From positions 2,190,001-2,222,000 of the forward strand of contig NZ_CP064923.1 of NCBI RefSeq assembly GCF_018336915.1: DNA of 32,000 nucleotides. The letters are read 5' to 3'. Every line of letters starts with the position of its first letter. Within the stretch, counting starts at the first letter, position 1. This document shows, one piece after another, positions 1 through 8,828 of this stretch. The position numbers and the translations under genes were made by a program. The stretch comes from Acaryochloris marina S15 (GTDB taxonomy: Bacteria; Cyanobacteriota; Cyanobacteriia; Thermosynechococcales; Thermosynechococcaceae). The notes under the pieces were generated by a model. The model was given only the letters and a program-made list of their open reading frames with translations, was not told where the DNA came from and did no database searches.

Positions 1-2
1 TT

Positions 3-149
3 TCATTCTCTCATCCTTTTTCGCCTGTATGGTCTCTTAAAGACACCCTTAAGATAAACGATGCCGAACTGGGTGAGGTCATCATGCAGCAGAAGCGAGA
101 TCTCTTTCGTCCAGCCCATCGGGCTAGCCTAAAAGCACTCAATTTATGA
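3..149 (+). CDS. possible 3' end of a CDS truncated by the window edge (unknown product)
   Basis: Frame 3 is open from the first bases to TGA at 147-149 (48 codons, ...LKDTLKINDAELGEVIMQQKRDLFRPAHRASLKALNL*). No family recognised. A 38-codon antisense ORF competes with it. Confidence 0.25.
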   Translation, partial: SFSHPFSPVWSLKDTLKINDAELGEVIMQQKRDLFRPAHRASLKALNL

Positions 150-369
150 TGGCGACCTCTAGATTGGGATTGCCGAATTCTCCGAACTTAGATCGGGTTC
201 GCTCCCAGGGCGGAATCAGCGGCGTCTCCTTATCAGGGTTGTGCCAATTATCACTGAAAAGCCTATGGTATGAGTACTGAAGCACGGCAAGAATTAGGCT
301 GTGCTGTTCATGCTTTTGGCTGGCAACAGTTTTCAGCGGGTCCAGATTGGTATCTGCAGATGTTTGAAA
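139..369 (-). pseudogene. 76-codon open frame without ATG/TTG start (only an internal GTG); possible frameshifted or decayed small gene
   Basis: Manual translation of the minus strand gives FQTSADTNLDPLKTVASQKHEQHSLILAVLQYSYHRLFSDNWHNPDKETPLIPPWERTRSKFGEFGNPNLEVAIIN*, with the stop at 141-139. An ATG at 400-398 opens a different frame (MFNPYASISLISNI...) that stays open to 311. A single 1-nt shift between 311 and 369 would therefore fuse them into a product of about 86 aa. Confidence 0.25.
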
Positions 370-506
370 TTAAGGAGATGGAGGCATAGGGATTAAACAT
401 CTTGTTGCAATTGATGGAGGTAACGCTCCTCCCAATGCGACAATAAACTCACTCAATGAATCGAATTTGTCTACAAGCAAAGGAAAACGGGTTAAGGACA
501 CATAAC

Positions 507-1046
507 ATGTTCAAAAGAATCGCAGCACTTGCACTCATTATTTTAAGTCTGACCTTACAAGCCTGCGCGTCTGATACAGCCGGATTGCAAGCTTATGCAG
601 ACAATATTGATGGTTATACTTTTATGTATCCCAATGGCTGGGCACCCATCAAAGTTCCCGGTAGCTCTGACGTCGTGTTTCATGACCTGATTGAAGAAAC
701 CGAAAATGTGAGCGTAGTTGTTAGTGACATTACCAGTGATACTCAGTTGACCGATTTAGGGGATCCAACTGAAGTGGCTCGCACTCTTTTGAATGCGGTG
801 ATTGCGCCTTCCCAATCGGGTCAAGAAGCGGATTTATTGGCGGCAGCTTCGCGAACAGAAGATGAGAAAGTCTATTACGCCCTTGAATATTCGATTGATT
901 TACCCATTGGTAAACGCCATAACCTCTCAACTGTGGTTGTTCGTCGGGGTAAGCTGTTTACTCTCAGCCTTTCTACACCAGAGTCTCGTTGGACTAAGGT
1001 TGAGCCTGTTTTTCAGCGTGTCGTTGATTCATTCTCTGTTTATTAA
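507..1046 (+). CDS. cyanoP: PsbP-like protein CyanoP (photosystem II-associated lipoprotein)
   Basis: Colinear by eye with cyanobacterial CyanoP: GLQAYADNIDGYTFMYPNGW, VVFHDLIEETENVSVVV, RHNLSTVVVRRGKLFTLSLSTPESRW, C-terminal SFSVY. Signal peptide ends in a lipobox-like LQAC. The ATG at 507 is preferred to the ORF-track start at 456. Confidence 0.85.
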   Translation: MFKRIAALALIILSLTLQACASDTAGLQAYADNIDGYTFMYPNGWAPIKVPGSSDVVFHDLIEETENVSVVVSDITSDTQLTDLGDPTEVARTLLNAVIAPSQSGQEADLLAAASRTEDEKVYYALEYSIDLPIGKRHNLSTVVVRRGKLFTLSLSTPESRWTKVEPVFQRVVDSFSVY

Positions 1047-1075
1047 ATTGGGTTTAATGCGTGGCTGCTCCTTAA

Positions 1076-1105
1076 TTGACAGAGCAAAAACGGACTCACT
1101 AGAAT
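1076..1105 (+). promoter_or_regulatory. candidate sigma70-type promoter for tRNA-Ala
   Basis: TTGACA (1076-1081), an 18-nt spacer, then TAGAAT (1100-1105). It lies about 30 nt upstream of the mature tRNA 5' end, with a short GC hairpin (gcgcgg..ccgcg) in the predicted leader. Confidence 0.4.
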
Positions 1106-1135
1106 ATGTTGGCGCGGCAATAGTCCGCGTTTCTT

Positions 1136-1208
1136 GGGGAATTAGCTCAGCTGGTAGAGTGCTGCGATCGCACCGCAGAGGTCAGGGGTTCGAATCCCCT
1201 ATTCTCCA
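1136..1208 (+). tRNA. tRNA-Ala (anticodon CGC)
   Basis: A 73-nt cloverleaf folded by hand. Acceptor GGGGAAT/ATTCTCC carries the alanine identity pair G3:U70. D arm is GCTC-AGCTGGTA-GAGT. Anticodon arm is CTGCG-ATCGCAC-CGCAG (U33, CGC, A37). T arm is AGGGG-TTCGAAT-CCCCT, discriminator A. CCA is not encoded. Confidence 0.9.
1164..1171. repeat. HIP1 octamer GCGATCGC
   Basis: Exact match, inside the tRNA-Ala anticodon arm. Confidence 0.95.
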
Positions 1209-1319
1209 TTCGTCCAAATCGTTCTAGAGTAGATAAAGCAACGTGGCTGGCTCTGCTTCCTGCAATACAAGCGAAGCATTTTTGTAATGGCTCAGCCCTT
1301 ATTTCTCTAGAGGCCCCTC

Positions 1320-2345
1320 ATGACCGCATCTCCTTCTACGCCTTCAGCGGTAATAAATGCTCCTCCACCCCCTTCAGACTCTAAAGAGCAGGTGGGGGAA
1401 TTTCTGCGAGGCTTGCAAGACAGTATTTGTGACAAGCTCCAAGTATTGGATGGTAAAAGCACGTTCCAAGAGGATTCCTGGGACCGACCTGAAGGAGGAG
1501 GTGGCCGCTCGCGAGTCCTAAGAGAAGGGGCACTCTTAGAGCAGGGTGGTGTGAATTATTCTGAGGTTTGGGGGGATCATTTGCCTCCTTCTATTCTCAA
1601 ACAACGACCGGAAGCTGCAGGGCATCGATTTTATGCGACGGGGACTTCGATGGTCTTGCATCCACGTAGTCCCTATGTGCCAACGGTGCATCTGAATTAT
1701 CGATATTTTGAAGCTGGACCTGTGTGGTGGTTTGGTGGCGGGATTGATTTGACCCCTTACTACCCTTTTAAGGAAGATGTGGTCCATTTTCATCAAACGA
1801 TGAAAGCAGCCTGCGATCGTCATCATCCTGAGTATTACTCGACCTTTAAGCCTTGGTGTGATGAGTACTTTTACCTCAAGCACCGGCAAGAAATGCGAGG
1901 TGTTGGCGGTCTTTTCTTTGATTATCAGGATGGTATCGGTGCCCTATACCGTGGTCCCCATACTGAAGGGATTGCTGCCCACCATAGCGATCAGCTGGGT
2001 ACCTTACCCCAACGATCATGGGATGAAATCTTTGCCTTTGCCCAAGACTGTGGCAATGCCTTTTTGCCTGCCTATGTCCCGATTATTGAGCGACGACGGG
2101 ATACTGAATATGGTGATCGTGAGCGCAACTTCCAGCTTTATCGCCGAGGTCGATACGTAGAATTTAACTTGGTCTATGACCGAGGAACAATTTTTGGCTT
2201 GCAGACCAATGGCCGTACTGAATCTATCCTGATGTCGTTACCACCATTGGTGCGCTGGGAATATGCATATTCTCCCGAGCCTAATACCCCTGAAGCAGAA
2301 CTATATGAGACTTTCTTAAAACCTCAAGATTGGGCTACAGGGTAG
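1320..2345 (+). CDS. hemF: oxygen-dependent coproporphyrinogen III oxidase
   Basis: Near-colinear with HemF: [102 protein letters not shown]. Confidence 0.95.
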   Translation: MTASPSTPSAVINAPPPPSDSKEQVGEFLRGLQDSICDKLQVLDGKSTFQEDSWDRPEGGGGRSRVLREGALLEQGGVNYSEVWGDHLPPSILKQRPEAAGHRFYATGTSMVLHPRSPYVPTVHLNYRYFEAGPVWWFGGGIDLTPYYPFKEDVVHFHQTMKAACDRHHPEYYSTFKPWCDEYFYLKHRQEMRGVGGLFFDYQDGIGALYRGPHTEGIAAHHSDQLGTLPQRSWDEIFAFAQDCGNAFLPAYVPIIERRRDTEYGDRERNFQLYRRGRYVEFNLVYDRGTIFGLQTNGRTESILMSLPPLVRWEYAYSPEPNTPEAELYETFLKPQDWATG

Positions 2346-2369
2346 ACTCGCCAAAATATCTAAAGTAAA

Positions 2370-2408
2370 AGCCAGGGTATCTGTTGCATATTCAACCCCT
2401 GGCTTTTT
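2370..2408 (+). terminator. rho-independent terminator after hemF
   Basis: An 8-bp stem (agccaggg at 2370-2377 pairing with ccctggct at 2397-2404) with a 19-nt loop. The last stem base starts a T-run (ttttt, 2404-2408). It begins 25 nt after the hemF stop. Confidence 0.55.
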
Positions 2409-2575
2409 GCGTGTTAAGCCTTTGATTTTGGGGAATCTGAACCATAATTTCAGGCTTTCTTTGCGAATGTGAGGGAAATGGGGCGTTTCGGCTCACTGCT
2501 AGCGAAAAAAATTAGTTGCTAGACCTAACTTTCCCAGTACACTACGAAAGGATTGAACAGTCACTAGTATTGGAT

Positions 2576-3448
2576 ATGGCTCAGGCAAAAATTGGCATTA
2601 TTGGCGGTAGTGGCCTTTATAAAATGGAGGCTCTGACAGATGTAGAAGAAGTTCAAGTCAAGACTCCTTTTGGTGATCCTTCAGATGCGCTCATTGTGGG
2701 CACCTTAGAGGGAACACGAGTTGCTTTCCTAGCCCGCCATGGCCGGAATCATCATCTTATCCCGAGTGAATTACCCTTCCGGGCCAATATCTATGCCATG
2801 AAATCTTTGGGTGTTGAGTATTTGATCTCCGCTTCGGCAGTTGGCTCCCTCAAGGAAGAAGCGAAACCTTTGGATATGGTGGTGCCGGACCAGTTTATCG
2901 ATCGAACAAAGAATCGCGTCTCCACCTTCTTTGGTAATGGCATTGTGGCCCATATTGGTTTTGGTGACCCTATTTGTGGGGCTTTGGCTGGGGTAGTGGG
3001 AGATGCGATCGCATCTCTGAATCTCCCAGACGTAACCCTTCATCGCCAGGGCACCTACGTGTGCATGGAAGGTCCTGCCTTTTCCACCAAAGCAGAATCG
3101 AACCTATATCGCAGCTGGGGTGGCACCGTCATTGGCATGACCAATTTGCCTGAAGCTAAACTGGCACGGGAAGCAGAAATGGCCTATGCCACCCTCGCCC
3201 TAGTCACCGACTATGATTGCTGGCACCCAGAACATAACAGCGTCACGGTAGAAATGATTATTGGCAACCTCCACAAGAATGCGAGTAATGCCCAAAGCGT
3301 GATTAAAGAAACCGTTAAACGCCTGAGTCAGTCGCCCCCTGCTTCCAAGGCTCATAATGCTCTAAAGCACGCGATCTTTACCCCCTTGGATCAGGCTCCA
3401 GCAACTACCAAAGAACAACTCTCCTTAATTTTACAAAAGTATCTTTAG
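2576..3448 (+). CDS. mtnP: S-methyl-5'-thioadenosine phosphorylase
   Basis: MTAP family motifs: [68 protein letters not shown]. The ATG at 2576 ([11 protein letters not shown]) is preferred to the TTG at 2516. Confidence 0.9.
   Translation: MAQAKIGIIGGSGLYKMEALTDVEEVQVKTPFGDPSDALIVGTLEGTRVAFLARHGRNHHLIPSELPFRANIYAMKSLGVEYLISASAVGSLKEEAKPLDMVVPDQFIDRTKNRVSTFFGNGIVAHIGFGDPICGALAGVVGDAIASLNLPDVTLHRQGTYVCMEGPAFSTKAESNLYRSWGGTVIGMTNLPEAKLAREAEMAYATLALVTDYDCWHPEHNSVTVEMIIGNLHKNASNAQSVIKETVKRLSQSPPASKAHNALKHAIFTPLDQAPATTKEQLSLILQKYL
3005..3012. repeat. HIP1 octamer GCGATCGC
   Basis: Exact match, within mtnP. Confidence 0.95.
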
Positions 3449-3451
3449 GCC

Positions 3452-3721
3452 ATGCCCTGGTATATCAAAATTGAACGCGGCATTGTGGATAAAACCACAT
3501 TTGATCGCCATGTGCCCGCCCATCTGGCCTATGTTAAAACCTTGAAGAGCCACCAGGCGAAAACGGGCTATTGGCGAGAGAGTGCAGGAGGCATGCTGAT
3601 CTTTGAGGCCCAGTCCTACGAAGAAGCTCAAGACATCGTAGAGCAAGACCCCCTGATCTTGAACCATTGTGTTGAATACGAATTACATGAATGGGTACAA
3701 GTTGGAGGGCAGCCTTTATAG
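3452..3721 (+). CDS. YciI-like small protein
   Basis: 89 aa, starting 3 nt after the mtnP stop. Shows the YciI-type pattern: HLAYV...GGMLIFEAQSYEEAQDIVEQDPL. Confidence 0.55.
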   Translation: MPWYIKIERGIVDKTTFDRHVPAHLAYVKTLKSHQAKTGYWRESAGGMLIFEAQSYEEAQDIVEQDPLILNHCVEYELHEWVQVGGQPL

Positions 3722-3758
3722 CTCGAGTCTAGCTGCCAATGGAGGAGATACTCCAGCT

Positions 3759-4292
3759 CTATTTCTTCGGAGATAGGTACATAATCATATTTCGTCCTTC
3801 ACGCTTGGGCGCTTGCTGGATTTCTGCAAAATCGAGCAAATCATTCGCCATCTTCTTTAACAGCGCTTCGGCTAAATGGGAATGTTGAATTTCCCGGCCT
3901 CTAAATGTGACGGTTGCCTTCACCTTATCGCCAGATTTTAGAAAGCGCTTGGCGTGGTTTACCCGCACTTCGTAGTCATGGGTTTGAATCTTGTAGCGCA
4001 TTTTCACTTCTTTGACGTCAGAAGTATGCTGCTTTTTCTTTGCTTCCCGGGCTTTTTTCTCTTGTTCAAATTTGAACTTACCGTAGTCCATGACCCGGCA
4101 AACTGGTGGATCGGCCTTATCACTCACTAGCACCAAATCCAGATCCCGCTCATCGGCGATTTCCATGGCTTCGCTGGGCGCCATAATGCCGAGCTGGGTT
4201 CCATCTGCATCAACTACGCGAATTTCGGGAAAACGAATACGTTCGTTAATATTAGGCTGGTTTTGTTGATTTCTTTTTTTTATTGGAGCCAC
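3759..4292 (-). CDS. infC: translation initiation factor IF-3
   Basis: [51 protein letters not shown], and the C-terminal domain [44 protein letters not shown]. The start is GTG, and an in-frame TAA two codons upstream fixes it. Confidence 0.95.
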   Translation of the reverse strand: MAPIKKRNQQNQPNINERIRFPEIRVVDADGTQLGIMAPSEAMEIADERDLDLVLVSDKADPPVCRVMDYGKFKFEQEKKAREAKKKQHTSDVKEVKMRYKIQTHDYEVRVNHAKRFLKSGDKVKATVTFRGREIQHSHLAEALLKKMANDLLDFAEIQQAPKREGRNMIMYLSPKK

Positions 4293-4519
4293 AGGCGTTT
4301 AATTTACTATTAATTAAGATAGCGAAAGAAATAAGGGAAAACGATTACCCCTTTCAAACTAACAGATCCAGATTAGAATCAGCATTCTCTTAACACATCC
4401 GTCACATCTACTCTGAAAACAGCTGTTCCTTGAGGAGATCCTTCAATTATAGATGGAGCAACTTGTTAGAGAATCGCCGACAGCTCTAGGCCCTGAACGG
4501 TTAGTCACCTCAAGATACT

Positions 4520-4531
4520 CTGAGATCTCAG
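4520..4531. promoter_or_regulatory. 12-bp perfect palindrome in the infC/M48 divergent region
   Basis: CTGAGATCTCAG is read directly from the sequence and lies inside the 398-bp divergent intergenic region. Function is unknown. Confidence 0.15.
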
Positions 4532-4690
4532 CAGGTTTATCACCCTGCCTCGCCCCTTCACGGAATAGGGTAAATCGAAGCTTATCCCTGCTTTTTTCCC
4601 AGTGTTAAGACGATAAAAAATTAACCCTTTTCTCTACTCTAAAAAACAAATGTCACAATGAAGTCAGGCCACACCGCAAACTAAAACAAA

Positions 4691-5551
4691 ATGCCGATGT
4701 CAAAAATTCCCTTATTGGGGTTGCAGGCTGCCCAGTTCCGACATCCTATTGATTTGGAAGCAACCCAAACCCTTCAGCAGCTTCCTGGGTTAGATTGGCT
4801 TGTACGAAGCCTGCTAGGAAGCGTAGCCGAACAAGTCTTCTATCTAGAAAATATTGGATCTAGCGTTTTAGTCAGCGAACGACAACTTCCTGACCTTCAC
4901 CACCTGCTTGTTGAAGCCTGCCATATTCTTGACTTGGAACAGCCTCAGCTGTACGTTCGCCAGAATCCTACTCCGAACGCATATACCTTAGCTATGCGGG
5001 GACAGCAACCTTTTATTGTGGTGCATACGTCACTGCTAGAATTACTCGATCCCCCTGAGATACAGGCTGTATTAGCCCATGAGCTGGGGCATCTGAAATG
5101 CGAGCATGGCGTGTATCTCACCATTGCTAACTTGCTCGTGCTGGCGGCTGGTCAGTTGTCTCCCTTTGGTGGCTTAATGGCCCAAAACTTGCAACGGCAG
5201 TTGATGGCTTGGGTCCGCTGTGCAGAATTCACTTGCGATCGTGCGGGGTTACTCGTCACCCAAAATGCCAATGTTATGGCATCAGTCCTGATGAAATTAG
5301 CAGGGGGATCATCTACCCTCGCCTCTCAGCTGAATGTAGACGCCTTTATTGACCAAGCACGAGCCTATGATCGCATCGATCATGATTTAGGTAACCTGCT
5401 CAAGTCAGTTCGCACTGCTGAGCTGACTCATCCTCTGCCTGTGCTTCGAGCCCGAGAAATTGATCGATGGTCAGATAGTCCGATGTATCAATCCCTATTG
5501 CAAACCTATGCAGCTAATACAGACCACCCTCTAGCCTGGAAAGATTGGTGA
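4691..5551 (+). CDS. M48-family zinc metallopeptidase
   Basis: HEXXH zinc motif in AHELGHLKCEHG, followed by a hydrophobic segment and CDRAGLL, typical of the Ste24/HtpX-like M48 family. Confidence 0.8.
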   Translation: MPMSKIPLLGLQAAQFRHPIDLEATQTLQQLPGLDWLVRSLLGSVAEQVFYLENIGSSVLVSERQLPDLHHLLVEACHILDLEQPQLYVRQNPTPNAYTLAMRGQQPFIVVHTSLLELLDPPEIQAVLAHELGHLKCEHGVYLTIANLLVLAAGQLSPFGGLMAQNLQRQLMAWVRCAEFTCDRAGLLVTQNANVMASVLMKLAGGSSTLASQLNVDAFIDQARAYDRIDHDLGNLLKSVRTAELTHPLPVLRAREIDRWSDSPMYQSLLQTYAANTDHPLAWKDW

Positions 5552-5560
5552 TCTAAAAAA

Positions 5561-5592
5561 AGAGCAGGCTGGCAATCTGCACATCCTACTCT
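5561..5592. terminator. candidate bidirectional terminator between convergent genes
   Basis: agagcagg (5561-5568) pairs with cctactct (5585-5592): 8 bp with 1 mismatch and a 16-nt loop. An A-run lies upstream (5555-5560) and a T-run downstream (5593-5595). Confidence 0.4.
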
Positions 5593-5650
5593 TTTAAAAT
5601 CCATCTAAAATACGTGAATTAGAAAACCATGCTGAGGAGTCTATTCAGTA

Positions 5651-6337
5651 CTATATGGCGTTACTGATACTGAAGTGATCAAACCAACAGCGCTGTCCTT
5701 GCCAAATCACACGGCCGGTGATGATGGCCCATCCGTTCTCAAAATCAGCTTGAGCCACAAATTGCCAGACCGAATCTCCTCGGTTATCCAAGCCAAAATA
5801 TTTGATGCCTTGATAAGCTGTCATCTGGCCACATCGACCCAGTAGCTCAGCAAAGCTCTGATCTAAGCTGTCCTTCTGGGTAGATTTCAATAGCGTAGGA
5901 GTACATTGACGAGAGAATTCTCGACTATCCCAGTTCCCAATAATTTTGGGAATTGAATCATTCACATAGGTTAATGACTCGCTATACTGCCAAGCTTTTT
6001 TCCAAGGCTTGGGCATAAATCCTCTTAAAAAAGTAGGAATACGCTGATAAGCCTGAGATTCATCTTGAATGTCTGCTTTTAGTGCTAGATACTCAGAGTT
6101 TTTATGCCAAGAACGGGCTTCGGCAGGCTGAGGCTGCCTGATTTCCATCAAAGCTTGTAAATCACTGAGTTCTCGAACCTCAGTAGTGAGGCGTTGCGGT
6201 TGGGAAGAGTGTTGTTGAAAAGTAGAGATAGATTCTCTATTCGGTAAAATCAGGACCACCAAGAAGGCATAGAGAATTGCTACGGTGGCAATAATACCTA
6301 ATAGCAATCCAGCTAGAACCATTAAAATTGCTTCCAT
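5651..6337 (-). CDS. hypothetical protein with N-terminal transmembrane anchor
   Basis: 228-aa ORF. The N-terminal hydrophobic helix is ILMVLAGLLLGIIATVAILYAFLVVLIL. The C-terminal part (YFGLDNRGDSVWQFVAQADFENGWAIITGRVIWQGQRCWFDHF) looks like a small alpha+beta domain. No family recognised. Confidence 0.6.
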   Translation of the reverse strand: MEAILMVLAGLLLGIIATVAILYAFLVVLILPNRESISTFQQHSSQPQRLTTEVRELSDLQALMEIRQPQPAEARSWHKNSEYLALKADIQDESQAYQRIPTFLRGFMPKPWKKAWQYSESLTYVNDSIPKIIGNWDSREFSRQCTPTLLKSTQKDSLDQSFAELLGRCGQMTAYQGIKYFGLDNRGDSVWQFVAQADFENGWAIITGRVIWQGQRCWFDHFSISNAI

Positions 6338-6486
6338 CTGTTAAGGCTTCTAATGTACGGGAATTTAGATGCATTCATGACATCCCCGAAACTGGGGTCC
6401 CCCCATGTTCTTAGGATGCCCAACCGATTGGAGTAATCCGACGTCTGTGATACCAAAACAATGTTTTAAGCGAATTGAGGCCTGAT

Positions 6487-7944
6487 TTATTCAAAACTGG
6501 CAATCATAATACTCCCTTGTCGTCCAGGCAGCTCTAATGTAGTGGTTGAATTTACTTCTGAGACTTTAGGCGTTCCGTAGATACAGTCCAGTTTTGAAAT
6601 AGATTGGGGTAACGGGCTGAGGTCGACGGTGATCGAACTAGACTCAGTACTAGTATTGATAGCTACAATCAGCACTTCTTCTGCCAAAGAACGGCTAAAG
6701 ACATAGGTCTCATCCGTAGCCAGTAAAACTTGGTATTGGCCAGTTCTGAGAGCAGCATGTTGGTGCCGGATTTGAATCAGCTGTTTGTGCATGGCTTGTA
6801 ATGGGAGATGCCAATCGGCCTCTTCAGGAAAACTGCGACGGCAATCAGGATCGATTCCGCCTGGGAGCCCCACTTCATCCCCGTAATAGATGCAAGGAGC
6901 ACCGGGAAAGGTTAGCAACAGGAGTGTTGCCAGTTCTATGGTGCTGTAGTCCAAATGCACCATCGACAGCAGTCGAGCCGTATCATGGCTGGACAGTAAG
7001 TTAAGTTGGGTCAGTTGAATGTCCCAGGGATACCAGGTCAGTAAGTCCTGAATTCGTTGCTGATATTCTGATGCCTCCAGGGCGGGATAAGGCGCATAGG
7101 TCGGTTGAGTTGTATAGTCTATATCCACTCGATCGCCTGCGGCAAAAGCGATAGTGGCCTGCCGAAACTGGTAGTTCATCACCCCATCAAATTGGTCACC
7201 TTGTAGCCAGGGCTGGGCATTATCCCAGATCTCGCCCACAATATAGGCTTCTGGGTTGATACCTTTGACGCGATCGCGAAATTCTTGCCAAAATTCAGGG
7301 ACTTGAATTTCATTGGGCACATCTAAGCGCCACCCATCAACGCCTTGTTTTATCCAGTACTCCGCAATTTGCATAATGTACTCACGCACATCGGGGTGGT
7401 CATGGTTGAACTGGGGCAAGGCTCGATTGCCACTCCAACCCACATAATTAGCAGGCTTGCTACCTTGATATGCTGCAACAGGCCAGCCCTCAATTCGAAA
7501 CCAGTCCACCCAAGGTGAGTGAGGGCCATTTTCTAAGATGTCGTTAAAAAAGAAAAATCCTCGGCTGGCATGATTAAAGACACCATCCAGTACCACCTTA
7601 ATTTGGTGTTCGTGGGCTGCTGTTAACAAAGCAGTAAGTGCTTCATTCCCGCCTAAAATGGGGTCTACTTGGTAATAATCATGGGTGTGATACCGATGAT
7701 TACACGCCGATTGAAAAATGGGTGTTAGATAGAGCGCTGTGATGCCTAAATCAGCTAAATAATCGAGACGATCAATAATCCCCCACAAATTTCCCCCTTT
7801 ATATCCTTGGACGGTAGGCGGTGCGTGCCAAGACTCCCAATTTACTTGGGACGGAATAGAGGAATGTGGGCGGAAAGCGAAACGATCAGGGAAAATCTGA
7901 TAAAAGACAGCATTTTTAACCCAATCAGGCGTATAAATCTGCAT
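6487..7944 (-). CDS. GH13 alpha-amylase-family glycoside hydrolase (neopullulanase/cyclomaltodextrinase-like)
   Basis: All four GH13 conserved regions are present: DGVFNH, GWRLDVPNE, IVGEIWD, LLSSHDTAR. The N-terminus NAVFYQIFPDRF is typical. The ATG at 7944 (MQIYTPDW) is preferred to the TTG at 7953. Confidence 0.9.
   Translation of the reverse strand: MQIYTPDWVKNAVFYQIFPDRFAFRPHSSIPSQVNWESWHAPPTVQGYKGGNLWGIIDRLDYLADLGITALYLTPIFQSACNHRYHTHDYYQVDPILGGNEALTALLTAAHEHQIKVVLDGVFNHASRGFFFFNDILENGPHSPWVDWFRIEGWPVAAYQGSKPANYVGWSGNRALPQFNHDHPDVREYIMQIAEYWIKQGVDGWRLDVPNEIQVPEFWQEFRDRVKGINPEAYIVGEIWDNAQPWLQGDQFDGVMNYQFRQATIAFAAGDRVDIDYTTQPTYAPYPALEASEYQQRIQDLLTWYPWDIQLTQLNLLSSHDTARLLSMVHLDYSTIELATLLLLTFPGAPCIYYGDEVGLPGGIDPDCRRSFPEEADWHLPLQAMHKQLIQIRHQHAALRTGQYQVLLATDETYVFSRSLAEEVLIVAINTSTESSSITVDLSPLPQSISKLDCIYGTPKVSEVNSTTTLELPGRQGSIMIASFE
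7270..7277. repeat. HIP1 octamer GCGATCGC
   Basis: Exact match, within the GH13 gene. Confidence 0.95.
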
Positions 7945-8374
7945 TATCACCAACTAAGCAACAGAGTAATGGCAATGGTATAACAACTAGCTGAAGAATT
8001 AGCTATCCCTTCATTAGCTGTAGCAATGAGGTTAAACCGAGAACCTGTACGATTCTATATCTGAAGTTACTTATCCATATAGAGGTTGTCTAAGTTAGTA
8101 TTGATTTAAATCTCCTTGGGCTATCCTTAATCTCCTCATTTTTTGAGGATATATTGATTAGATTTTTGCATTTTCCCTCCATTAATCATGGCGGTTTCAG
8201 GAATGCAGACTGTATTCATTGTCTATACCAATGGAAGACAGGACAGCTGACTATCCAGTTTTTCTTTTTTTCTAAGACTCTCTTTTCGCCTGCTATGTAA
8301 AATTATTAGCAGTGCAGGTTTTCGATGTTGATGCTTATTTCTCTTGGATGCCATTGGCTCCAACCTAATGACAC

Positions 8375-8560
8375 ATGAAAGATGACGTCGTCGAGGCTGC
8401 CCATGAACGTCAGCGCCTCTCGGTTCTACACAAACAACTGATTATCAGCTTAAAATTTCATCACAGCCAAACCTTGGAACAAATTCCTGTGGAAATGGCA
8501 GTTCAAGCCATGATTGAAGTATGGCAAGCCTGCAATCCATCTCAATTACCTAAAAATTAG
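8375..8560 (+). CDS. questionable 61-aa ORF
   Basis: This is the only ORF of at least 60 aa in the 875-bp gap 7954-8828. It has no Shine-Dalgarno sequence and no recognisable family. Confidence 0.2.
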   Translation: MKDDVVEAAHERQRLSVLHKQLIISLKFHHSQTLEQIPVEMAVQAMIEVWQACNPSQLPKN

Positions 8561-8828
8561 TGGTCAGCACTTTGACCCTATGACTGGAACGGTTTTATCC
8601 AGCGCCTAGTCATATCCTGATAGATCGTTTGATCGAATGAGTGAGTCTTGCTGTATAGATGTCTGCAATTCATGGTGCAACATGTCATAAATCTGGCTGC
8701 CAGTAGATGGAGGCAGCTAGTAGGATGCACGAGAGTTTCAGTCGGGGTGTCTCGCCTAGCAGATTGAGGTAGGTATATCTAGGCTCTAACAGATTTAGGC
8801 TACGGAACTTCAATCTGTTGTGCCCAAC

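Noticed and set aside
1164-1171. HIP1 octamer inside the tRNA-Ala anticodon arm as a possible functional signal
   Set aside because: It is largely forced by tRNA constraints (U33, the CGC anticodon and the GC-rich stem), so it is a coincidence of sequence requirements and not a separate element.
802-1227. 141-aa plus-strand ORF
   Set aside because: It overlaps the well-supported CyanoP frame and runs straight through the tRNA-Ala gene. It is an alternative-frame artefact.
3730-3758. Possible convergent terminator hairpin between the YciI-like gene and infC
   Set aside because: Only two short (4-5 bp), mutually conflicting stems can be drawn, it has no T-run, and it overlaps the infC stop codon. 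This is not convincing.
8133-8149. CUCCUCA-containing hairpin (tcctc-atttttt-gagga) reminiscent of the Yfr1 sRNA core motif
   Set aside because: Only a 5-bp stem is present, the full ACUCCUCACAC motif is absent, and the two flanking stem-loops of Yfr1 are missing.
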